From: a virus
DNA length: 64,000 bases
Virus record (IMG/VR): IMGVR_UViG_3300046002_008717
Span: 32,001 to 96,000 of that record
Strand: one strand, 5' to 3'
The position numbers and the translations under genes are program-made. Positions 1 to 9,600 of the stretch are shown piece after piece. The notes under the pieces are model-generated. The model made no database searches. It was given only the letters and a program-made list of their open reading frames with translations, and was not told where the DNA came from. Numbering within the stretch: position 1 is the stretch's first letter; each line of letters starts with the position of its first letter.

Positions 1-2
1 AC

Positions 3-290
3 GGTTTAGCATTAGATGGGATTGGTTGGAATTATAATCTAAATATAAGTGGTAATAATCTAATAATAACACATAACAGTGGATTACTTCCTATTGGATT
101 AGCAACACATGCTACCAATGGCAGTAATATTTTTATAAAAAGCCCGGTTGGTATATCATCAACACAATTTTCACTTGCATCAAGTACAGATCATAACCAA
201 TTTACTATATATGGTATAAATAGTATTAATACTGGTGCATCATTAAATTCAACTGTAAAAATAATATGGACATTTGGTAGCTCTATATAA
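3..290 (+). CDS. 3' end of a probable virion structural protein (5'-truncated by the window)
   Basis: Frame 3 is open from the window edge (GLALDGIGWNYNLNISG...IIWTFGSSI) to TAA at 288-290; G/S/T/N-rich; lies directly upstream of the fibre gene. Confidence 0.7.
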   Translation, partial: GLALDGIGWNYNLNISGNNLIITHNSGLLPIGLATHATNGSNIFIKSPVGISSTQFSLASSTDHNQFTIYGINSINTGASLNSTVKIIWTFGSSI

Positions 291-313
291 TATTAAAAAA
301 ATTATCCATAATT

Positions 314-3300
314 ATGAATTTTAATAATTCACTTATATTTCCTCCAAAACTTTTTCTTGGTATAATATTACCAAATCAAACTACAGTGGTTGGAACTTAT
401 TCAGATCCAACTAATCCGTATAACGGCTTTCCGTATAGATGGAGCATAGTTTTAAATATAGATATACAACAACATTCTAATCCAAATACACCAACCCCTT
501 ATTTATATGATGTAAATGATATAATAGTTGGTATGTGGATAGGACAAACTAATGGTAATTCATTTAAAATAGTTGGAATAACATCAACTCTTGGATCAGA
601 AGAAATAACATTAATAATAGAGGATACTGATTTTATGAATCTGATATCATCACCAGATCAAATAGGAACCAATGGGCCATTAGAATCGTCACCTACAGTA
701 ATTTTTAATTTAAATGATTTAGGTGAACCTATATTTGATCCATTACAGAATCAAAGCAGTCAATTACCAATTTATAGTTATTGGGTAAATGATTTAGAAT
801 CAAGATTTAGATTTAGAAATTATTATCAAAGTTTTTTCTATATAGATCCAGGTAGCAATACTAGTGGAATCACTGGTGGAGATCCAGTATATCTTTCTCC
901 CGAATCTACCTTTATAAAAGTGGATTCAACATCACAAGATGATATAGATAAGCTTTTTGGTTATGCATCTAGCGGAAATCTTCCATATCCAGGACATCTT
1001 ACAGTTACCCCATCCGGTAGATATATGAGTGATCTTGTAGATCTAATAGGACCAACTGGTAGCGTATTATATTTAGATACTACTATAACAGGAACTAATA
1101 ATTTAAATTATATCAAACCTGCAACCGGACCAATTAAACCAGTTTATATAAAAATAGATAACAATAGTGCTATACTTATAAGTTCATCAAGTTCTGCATC
1201 AAGCGGGGGTGGAGTAGGAAGCGGTACATCAGGAACTAGTGGATCAAGTACAGGTATACCTGGAGATAATGGTACATCAGGGACAAGTGGAACTTCTGGT
1301 TTATCTGGAACTAGGGGAACCTCAGGTTCATCGGGTTCATCAGGAACTAGCGGAACTAAAGGAACCTCAGGTTCATCAGGAACCTCAGGTATAAATGGAA
1401 CTAATGGTTTATCCGGAACTAGTGGTATAAATGGAACAAGCGGAACTTCTGGAACTAGTGGTATAAACGGAACTAGCGGAACTGCAGGAACTAGCGGTAA
1501 TGATGGAACTAGTGGAACTTCTGGTTTATCAGGAACTAGCGGTATAAGCGGAACTTCAGGAACTAGTGGAGATTCGGGTTCATCTGGAACTTCTGGAACT
1601 AGTGGAGATTCGGGTTCATCTGGAACTTCTGGAACTAGTGGAACTTCTGGAACTAGTGGAACTTCTGGTGCTACCGGAACTAGTGGAACTTCTGGTGCTA
1701 CCGGAACTAGTGGAACTTCTGGTAATAACGGAACTAGTGGAACTTCGGGTTCATCAGGAACTAGCGGAACTTCTGGTAATAACGGAACTAGTGGAACCTC
1801 GGGTTCATCAGGAACTAGCGGAACTTCTGGTAATAACGGAACTAGTGGAACTTCTGGTAATAACGGAACTAGTGGAACTTCCGGTATAAACGGAACTTCA
1901 GGAACTAGTGGTGTTAATGGAACAAGTGGAACTTCTGGTTCATCCGGAACTAGCGGTAATAACGGAACTAATGGAACTTCTGGTTCATCAGGAACCTCCG
2001 GTGTTAACGGAACTAGTGGAACTTCAGGAACAAGTGGTAATAACGGAACAAGTGGAACTTCAGGAACTAGTGGTTCATCAGGAACTAGCGGAACTTCAGG
2101 AACTAGTGGTTCATCAGGAACTAGTGGAACTTCAGGAATTAGTGGTTCATCAGGAACTAGTGGAACTTCTGGAATTAGTGGTTCATCAGGAACTAGTGGT
2201 AATAATGGAACAAACGGTCTTTCTGGTGATAAATATGCAACTATATCAACTACAACATTAACCATAGCTACCGGAGTTCAATCATTAACAGTAGGATTAG
2301 GATTAGCATATACAACAGGACAATCATTAGTTATTGCAAATACTTCAATTAATAGAATGGAGGGTACTGTTGGAACATACAATCCTATTGATGGGGCATT
2401 AGTGGGGAACATTACTGTTATTTTTGGATCAGGAACATTTTCAGCATGGGAAGTCAATCTAGGAGGTGCACAGGGTGCAGACGGAAGTAGCGGTATTTCT
2501 GGTTCATCCGGAACTAGTGGAACTTCAGGCACTTCCGGTGCTAACGGAACTAGTGGAACTTCGGGTTCATCTGGAACTAGTGGAACTTCAGGCACTTCTG
2601 GTGCTAATGGAACTAGTGGAACTTCAGGCACTTCTGGTGCTAATGGAACTAGTGGAACTTCAGGCACTTCTGGTGCTAACGGAACTAGTGGAACTTCTGG
2701 CTCAGCAGGAACTTCTGGTTCAGCAGGTTCAGCAGGAACTTCTGGTTCAGCAGGTTCATCAGGAACTTCTGGTTCAGCAGGTTCATCTGGAACTTCTGGT
2801 TCATCTGGAACTTCTGGTTCATCTGGTTCTAGTGGTTCATCAGGTTCATCTGGAACTTCTGGTTCATCTGGAACTTCTGGTTCATCTGGTACTAGTGGTT
2901 CATCAGGTTCATCAGGTTCATCAGGTTCATCAGGTTCATCAGGAACTTCAGGAACTTCTGGTACTAGTGGAACATCAGGTTCGTCTGGTACTAGTGGAAC
3001 ATCACCTATTTTTCAACGTATTACAGTTGCCGATGCTGATTATACAATAAGTGGTAGTAATAATCAAATAATAGTATACACTTCAATTACAGCAAGAAGA
3101 GTAGTTACTTTGCCTGCTATCTCTACTATTGGCCAAGTTATACAAATTTTAGATGAGAGTGGTTCATTTAATACAACTAAAAGAGTTAGAGTAGAAAGAG
3201 CAGGTGCAGATACAATAGAAGGTGATAGCTATAATATACAGATATCACCATATTCTTCTGCTAGCTATACAAGTGATGGAGTTAGTAGATGGAGTATTTC

Positions 3301-5131
3301 GGGTAGACATCCTAGATTATCATCTGGTAATATATTGCTATCAACATTCACTGATTTAGGAACAGGATCTGTTACTTTAGGAAATAATGGATTATATAAT
3401 TTATTCACGAATATAAGTGGATTAGGTAATATAAGAACCTATGAAATTAATGGCGGTACATTTTCTCTAGTAGATGCTGCAACGAATTATATAGTCAGTG
3501 ATTATAATGGGGGTTCACCTATAATAAGATTAACTACAGATGTTACCATAATAGATGAGACTACTATATGCCCAATATACACCATATATAGATCAGGTAT
3601 AGAATTACATATAATCGATTGGGACCAATTAGGGCTTGCTCTCGTTAATAAACTACATCAATCTATAGTAAAAACACAAAGATATAGATTAGAATCTGGT
3701 TTAGGTGTAGGTGAAGTTGCCACAAGAAGAATTACTGTTGGCGGTGGAATTGTATGGATCGGAGCAAATAAATTCGCATTAGGTCCTTTTAATTCAACCA
3801 CTGACACAACTCATTTGGCATATCATGTTGGAGGCGTATGGACATATTCAGCAATCACGCAATATAATAATACACAATATGATAACGGAACAGATTTAGT
3901 TTCAGTATCACCTAATAAATATGCAGTAAATTACATATACAGAGGAGTTGAAATTGATAGTGAATGCTATGTAGTTTTAGGAGGTGGAAACTATACATTA
4001 ATAGAAGCACATGGTAGTACACCACCTATAAATTTACCAGAACTAATAACAAGCCATGCTGTGTTAGTTGGTAGAATAGTAGTAGAACAGGGTACAGATA
4101 CAGCACAACAAATAGATAGTGCATTTAGTGAAACTTTTGTAATTTCGTCAACTGCTATACATAATGATTTAAGTGGAATCCAAGGGGGTACTGGTGGAGA
4201 ATATTATCACCTACCATTAAACGTTTATAATAATGTTATTGCAAACGGTGGAATAGGAACACCAGGAACTTCAGGAACTAGTGGTTCATCAGGAACATCT
4301 GGTGCTAATGGAACTAGTGGAACATCAGGAACATCAGGAACTAGTGGTATAAATGGAACTAGTGGTTCATCAGGAACTTCAGGTATAAATGGAACTAGTG
4401 GTTCATCAGGAACTTCAGGTATAAATGGAACATCAGGAACTAGTGGTTCATCGGGTACATCTGGTGCTAATGGAACTTCGGGAACTAGTGGTTCATCAGG
4501 AACATCTGGTGCTAATGGAACTTCGGGAACTAGTGGTATAAATGGAACTAGTGGTTCATCGGGAACATCTGGTGCTAATGGAACTTCGGGAACTAGTGGT
4601 TCATCAGGAACATCTGGTGCTAATGGAACTTCGGGAACTAGTGGTTCATCGGGTACTTCGGGTGCTAATGGAACTTCTGGAACTAGCGGTTCATCAGGAA
4701 CATCTGGTGCTAATGGAACATCAGGAACTAGTGGTATAAACGGAACTAGTGGAACATCGGGAGCTAATGGAACTTCTGGAACAGCAGGAAGTAGTGGAAT
4801 ACAAGGAACTAGTGGTACAAGTGGAACTGCCCCATATAAATCATATATAATGACCACCGGAGCAACATATACATTTACCGATTTTAATACAGTGAATACA
4901 TTATCATTAAATAAAACTGTAAGTTCATCAACAACAGTTACTTTAAATCAAAGCCCTGTATTGAATGATTTCTATATAGTAAAAGATAGAAAGGGTGATT
5001 CAGTATTAAATCCAATTACAGTAGATGGAGGGATATATAATATAGATGGTAATGCAACTATTACAATATCTCAATCAAATAAGCCATCCCTAACATTTAT
5101 GTTCGAGGGTGAAGAATACATAATAATATAA
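314..5131 (+). CDS. Giant fibre-like virion protein with Gly-X-Y (GTS/GSS/GAN) repeats, 1605 aa
   Basis: Three long blocks with Gly at every third residue, separated by globular beta-rich domains; C-terminal 'YIVKDRKG...NPITVDG...NIDG' tail-fibre-like domain. Confidence 0.75.
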   Translation: MNFNNSLIFPPKLFLGIILPNQTTVVGTYSDPTNPYNGFPYRWSIVLNIDIQQHSNPNTPTPYLYDVNDIIVGMWIGQTNGNSFKIVGITSTLGSEEITLIIEDTDFMNLISSPDQIGTNGPLESSPTVIFNLNDLGEPIFDPLQNQSSQLPIYSYWVNDLESRFRFRNYYQSFFYIDPGSNTSGITGGDPVYLSPESTFIKVDSTSQDDIDKLFGYASSGNLPYPGHLTVTPSGRYMSDLVDLIGPTGSVLYLDTTITGTNNLNYIKPATGPIKPVYIKIDNNSAILISSSSSASSGGGVGSGTSGTSGSSTGIPGDNGTSGTSGTSGLSGTRGTSGSSGSSGTSGTKGTSGSSGTSGINGTNGLSGTSGINGTSGTSGTSGINGTSGTAGTSGNDGTSGTSGLSGTSGISGTSGTSGDSGSSGTSGTSGDSGSSGTSGTSGTSGTSGTSGATGTSGTSGATGTSGTSGNNGTSGTSGSSGTSGTSGNNGTSGTSGSSGTSGTSGNNGTSGTSGNNGTSGTSGINGTSGTSGVNGTSGTSGSSGTSGNNGTNGTSGSSGTSGVNGTSGTSGTSGNNGTSGTSGTSGSSGTSGTSGTSGSSGTSGTSGISGSSGTSGTSGISGSSGTSGNNGTNGLSGDKYATISTTTLTIATGVQSLTVGLGLAYTTGQSLVIANTSINRMEGTVGTYNPIDGALVGNITVIFGSGTFSAWEVNLGGAQGADGSSGISGSSGTSGTSGTSGANGTSGTSGSSGTSGTSGTSGANGTSGTSGTSGANGTSGTSGTSGANGTSGTSGSAGTSGSAGSAGTSGSAGSSGTSGSAGSSGTSGSSGTSGSSGSSGSSGSSGTSGSSGTSGSSGTSGSSGSSGSSGSSGSSGTSGTSGTSGTSGSSGTSGTSPIFQRITVADADYTISGSNNQIIVYTSITARRVVTLPAISTIGQVIQILDESGSFNTTKRVRVERAGADTIEGDSYNIQISPYSSASYTSDGVSRWSISGRHPRLSSGNILLSTFTDLGTGSVTLGNNGLYNLFTNISGLGNIRTYEINGGTFSLVDAATNYIVSDYNGGSPIIRLTTDVTIIDETTICPIYTIYRSGIELHIIDWDQLGLALVNKLHQSIVKTQRYRLESGLGVGEVATRRITVGGGIVWIGANKFALGPFNSTTDTTHLAYHVGGVWTYSAITQYNNTQYDNGTDLVSVSPNKYAVNYIYRGVEIDSECYVVLGGGNYTLIEAHGSTPPINLPELITSHAVLVGRIVVEQGTDTAQQIDSAFSETFVISSTAIHNDLSGIQGGTGGEYYHLPLNVYNNVIANGGIGTPGTSGTSGSSGTSGANGTSGTSGTSGTSGINGTSGSSGTSGINGTSGSSGTSGINGTSGTSGSSGTSGANGTSGTSGSSGTSGANGTSGTSGINGTSGSSGTSGANGTSGTSGSSGTSGANGTSGTSGSSGTSGANGTSGTSGSSGTSGANGTSGTSGINGTSGTSGANGTSGTAGSSGIQGTSGTSGTAPYKSYIMTTGATYTFTDFNTVNTLSLNKTVSSSTTVTLNQSPVLNDFYIVKDRKGDSVLNPITVDGGIYNIDGNATITISQSNKPSLTFMFEGEEYIII
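1217..3003 (+). repeat. Degenerate 9-bp GGAACTAGT/GGAACTTCT/GGTTCATCA tandem repeat (GTS/GSS triplets), interrupted by a ~280-bp unique module
   Basis: Directly visible 9-nt periodicity. Confidence 0.95.
4255..4827 (+). repeat. Third GTS/GAN triplet repeat block of fibre 1
   Basis: Directly visible. Confidence 0.95.
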
Positions 5132-5134
5132 ATC

Positions 5135-6376
5135 ATGAGTTACATTTTAAATAACGAGGTAAGATTTTCAGATTCTCCTAACATAGATGCATTCGGTAGA
5201 CTAAGAACTTCAGAACCATATAATCTATTTAATAGTACATCAGTTATAACCGATGGTAGCATTGGATACGAAACGGTATTGGGTGGTGGTGCTACTACTA
5301 CATATAATCAATCTAAATCAGAGGTTCAATTTAATGTTACTGGTGGTACAGGAAGTATATGTAGGGAACAACATGGCTACAATTATTATCAACCGGGTAA
5401 ATCACAGTTGGTATTATTGACAGGTATATTTGGAGCTACTGTTTCTGATGTTACTAAAAGAATGGGATATTATAACAATGATGATGGATTATTTTTTGAA
5501 CTTGGTGCAACAGGAGCATTTGGAGTAACTCTTAGAACTAGTACAAGTGGTACACCAGTTAATATTTTTTATGAACAATCCACATGGAATATAGATACTT
5601 TAATTATCGGCAATCCATTAAATCCAAGTGGTATACATTTAGATGTATCAAAAACAAATATTTTTATTATAAATTTCCAATGGCTCGGTGTGGGTAGGAT
5701 CGTTTTTGGATTAGATCTTAATGGTATTATAATTCCGATACATCAAATTCTAAATGCTAATAATAAGACTGAGGTTTATATGAAGACCGGTAACTTACCC
5801 GTAAGATACGAGGTTATTTCCAGTGGTGGGACAGATTCAACATTTAAACAAATATGTGCAGCGGTCATCTCTGAAGGGGGTCAAGATGATTTTGGGTTTC
5901 TACATACTGTGAGTAATGCATTATCAACAAGAACATTTTCAACCAGACAATCTGTAATATCTGTTAGATTATCAAATAGTTTTTTTAGCCAAGCTAATAG
6001 AGTAAAAGCTCGTCCTTATAATTTCGAATTAGTTACAACAACTGCAACAGTAAATGCTTATTGGGAATTAGTTTTACAGAGGGGATATAGTGGTGAAAAT
6101 AGTTTGGGTGGTGCTCCTACATGGTTGGGACTAACAGGTTCTCCTTTTGACTATACAGTAACAGGCACAACTGTTACAGGTGGGACTATTATAGATTCAG
6201 GATTTATAAAAACATCATCACAAACCGGGGAGAGCGTATCAAGTGTAATAGTAGATCCTAAAATTTTTATGAGTATGGATAAATCAGGTACGATATCAGA
6301 CTGGTTACATTTAGTTATAACTCCTAGTACAAGTTCATCTTGGGCAGGTAAATTAACATTAAGAGGTGAGTATTAA
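5135..6376 (+). CDS. Putative virion structural protein (beta-sandwich/lectin-like)
   Basis: DAFGRLR..P..LF, YQPGKS and FQWLGVG motifs of a widespread phage structural family; lies between the two fibre genes. Confidence 0.55.
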   Translation: MSYILNNEVRFSDSPNIDAFGRLRTSEPYNLFNSTSVITDGSIGYETVLGGGATTTYNQSKSEVQFNVTGGTGSICREQHGYNYYQPGKSQLVLLTGIFGATVSDVTKRMGYYNNDDGLFFELGATGAFGVTLRTSTSGTPVNIFYEQSTWNIDTLIIGNPLNPSGIHLDVSKTNIFIINFQWLGVGRIVFGLDLNGIIIPIHQILNANNKTEVYMKTGNLPVRYEVISSGGTDSTFKQICAAVISEGGQDDFGFLHTVSNALSTRTFSTRQSVISVRLSNSFFSQANRVKARPYNFELVTTTATVNAYWELVLQRGYSGENSLGGAPTWLGLTGSPFDYTVTGTTVTGGTIIDSGFIKTSSQTGESVSSVIVDPKIFMSMDKSGTISDWLHLVITPSTSSSWAGKLTLRGEY

Positions 6377-6377
6377 T

Positions 6378-6620
6378 ATGAATAAATTTTCATATAACTA
6401 TAATGCCGATATACAACCCGAGGATATACATAATGATATATATAGCAAATTGAAGATATATGCAATTAATATAACATATAATATAGCTAATAATGATCTT
6501 GAAATAATATTCGATTTTAAATTAAATAGTGGACAAAGTAATATATTAGATAATATAATAAGATCACACCCCAAAAAAAAATTAAAAGAGATAATAAATT
6601 TTTACAAAATTAATAATTAA
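6378..6620 (+). CDS. Small protein paralogous to the N-terminal domain of the downstream fibre (start probably 6378 rather than 6366)
   Basis: MNKFSYNYNADIQPEDIHN...DLEIIFDFKL...ILDNIIRSHPKK aligns with MANFSYFYNLAVQPENLYN...DIEIVFDFSL...ILEDTVNNSPPK. Confidence 0.75.
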   Translation: MNKFSYNYNADIQPEDIHNDIYSKLKIYAINITYNIANNDLEIIFDFKLNSGQSNILDNIIRSHPKKKLKEIINFYKINN

Positions 6621-6622
6621 AC

Positions 6623-9600
6623 ATGGCAAATTTTTCATATTTTTATAATTTAGCAGTACAACCTGAAAATTTGTATAATAATATTTTTACAAATCTTACT
6701 GTATATCCGACTAAGTTATATTATGATTTAATGACATTTGATATTGAAATAGTATTTGACTTTTCATTATCTGCTCCACAGCAGGTAATATTAGAGGATA
6801 CTGTTAATAATAGTCCTCCAAAAGATCCAAATGATGCGATATTTTCAGGTGTTATTGCAAATACTTATAATAAAGTAACAATAACACAACCTGCTAATAA
6901 TGCTAGTTTAACTATAAGCGACGGTAAAACACTTTCAGTACCATTAGATGCTTGGGTTTCCAATACAAATACAGGGGATCAAGATTCTACTACTTTATAC
7001 CTAGCAGGATTAACAGGATCTACATATTCAAGTCTTCAAGATTTACAAAATTTATTTCATTCAACCGGCTGGATAAACGGAGGTGATATCACTGATGCAG
7101 GTTCTGGTTTAATAACAGTAACAGGTGGACAGGGTGCGATACGAGGAATAGATAGTGAATTAGCTATTATATATTTTAGTGATTTTCCTGCATCAAGTCC
7201 TTCCGATGTTATATTAACGGATCTTAGTGATAATTATATTTATGTTGAGTATAATGCGGGTTCACCTAGAATCGTTGCTACTGATATTGCCAGAAATGAT
7301 AATAATACAAATTTTTTATTAGGTATTGTTTATAGAAATGCTTCCGTATTAAATGTTAATCAGGGAATTAGATTCGGGGTAAAAGATAAAAACCACGAAA
7401 GTTTGATTGGTTTACAAGGAGGTACTGCTGGAGAACATATTCATTTAACTGCAGCAGAATATGCATTAATAGGAATAGGAGGAACTAGTGGAACATCAGG
7501 TTCATCAGGAACCTCCGGAACTAGTGGTTCATCAGGAACTTCTGGTGCTAATGGAACTAGTGGTTCATCAGGAACTTCTGGAACATCAGGTTCATCAGGA
7601 ACTTCTGGTGCTAATGGAACTAGTGGAACATCAGGTTCATCAGGAACTAGTGGTGCTAATGGAACTAGTGGAACATCAGGTTCATCAGGAACTTCTGGTG
7701 CTAATGGAACTAGTGGAACATCAGGTTCATCAGGAACTTCTGGTGCTAATGGAACTAGTGGTTCATCAGGAACTTCTGGAACATCAGGTTCATCAGGAAC
7801 TAGTGGTGCTAATGGAACTAGTGGAACATCAGGTTCATCAGGAACTAGTGGTGCTAATGGAACTAGTGGTGCTAATGGAACTAGTGGAACTTCTGGAACA
7901 TCAGGAACTAGTGGTGCTAATGGAACTAGTGGAACTTCAGGTTCATCAGGAACTTCAGGTGCTAATGGAACTAGCGGTTCATCAGGAACTTCAGGTGCTA
8001 ATGGAACTAGTGGAACTTCAGGTTCATCAGGAACTTCAGGTGCTAATGGAACTAGCGGTTCATCAGGAACTTCAGGTGCTAATGGAACTAGCGGTTCATC
8101 AGGAACTTCAGGAACTTCAGGAACTAGTGGTGCTAATGGAACTAGTGGAACATCAGGTTCATCAGGAACTTCAGGAACATCGGGTGCTAATGGAACATCA
8201 GGAACATCGGGTGCTAATGGAACATCAGGTTCATCTGGAACTAGTGGAACATCGGGTGCTAATGGAACTAGTGGAACATCAGGTTTATCTGGAACTAGTG
8301 GAACTTCAGGTATAAATGGAACTAGTGGAACATCAGGTTTATCTGGAACTAGTGGAACTTCAGGTATAAATGGAACTAGTGGTTCATCAGGAACTAGTGG
8401 TCTTCCAGGTGATAAATATGCAACTACATCAACTACATCATTAACCATAGCTACAGGAGCTCAATCTTTAACAGTAGGATTAGGATTAGCATATACAACA
8501 GGGCAATCATTAGTTATTGCAAACACATCAGTTAATAGAATGGAGGGTACTGTTGGAACATATAATCCAACGAATGGGTCATTAACTGGAACCATCACTG
8601 TTATTTTTGGATCTGGTACATTTTCATCATGGGAAGTTAATTTAGGCGGTGCTCAGGGAGCAGATGGAAGTAGCGGTATTTCTGGTTCATCTGGAACTTC
8701 TGGTTCATCTGGAACTTCTGGTGCTAATGGAACATCAGGAACTAGTGGTACATCAGGAACTAGTGGTATTAATGGAACTAGTGGTTCGTCAGGTACTAGT
8801 GGTTTATCAGGTACTAGTGGTTCATCAGGTACTAGTGGTATTAATGGAACTAGTGGTTCATCAGGTACTAGTGGTTCATCAGGAACCAGTGGTATTAGTG
8901 GAACATCAGGAACTTCGGGTGCTAATGGAACATCAGGAACTAGTGGTATTAATGGAACTAGTGGTTCATCAGGAACTTCAGGTGCTAATGGAACATCAGG
9001 AACTAGTGGTATTAATGGAACATCAGGAACTAGTGGTATTAATGGAACTAGTGGAACATCAGGAACTAGTGGTATTAATGGAACTAGTGGTTCATCAGGA
9101 ACTTCAGGTGCTAATGGAACATCAGGAACTAGTGGAACATCAGGAACTAGTGGTATTAATGGAACCAGCGGAACATCAGGAACTTCAGGTGCTAATGGAA
9201 CATCAGGAACTAGTGGTATTAATGGAACTAGCGGAACATCTGGTTTAACGGGAACATCAGGAACATCTGGTTTAACCGGAACATCAGGAACCTCTGGTTT
9301 AACAGGAACATCAGGAACCTCTGGTTTAACAGGAACATCAGGAACCTCTGGTTTAACAGGAACCTCTGGTTCTAGTGGAACTTCTGGATTAACAGGAACA
9401 TCTGGTTCTAGTGGAACTTCTGGATTAACAGGAACTAGTGGAACATCAGGAACTAGTGGTCTTAATGGAACATCAGGAACTAGTGGTCTTAATGGAACAT
9501 CTGGAACTAGTGGTCTTAATGGAACATCTGGAACTAGTGGTTTAACAGGAACTTCCGGAACTAGTGGTTTAACAGGAACTTCTGGAACTAGTGGTTTAAC

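Noticed and set aside
6569-6613. CCCC-A9 slippery run that could fuse the small ORF to the downstream fibre by a -1 shift
   Set aside because: The -1 frame hits TAA at 6611 before reaching the fibre start at 6623
1144-9248. Long antisense (VPEVPL...) and alternate-frame (ELVEL...) ORFs over the repeats
   Set aside because: Shadows of the stop-free 9-bp GTS repeat; no independent starts or signals
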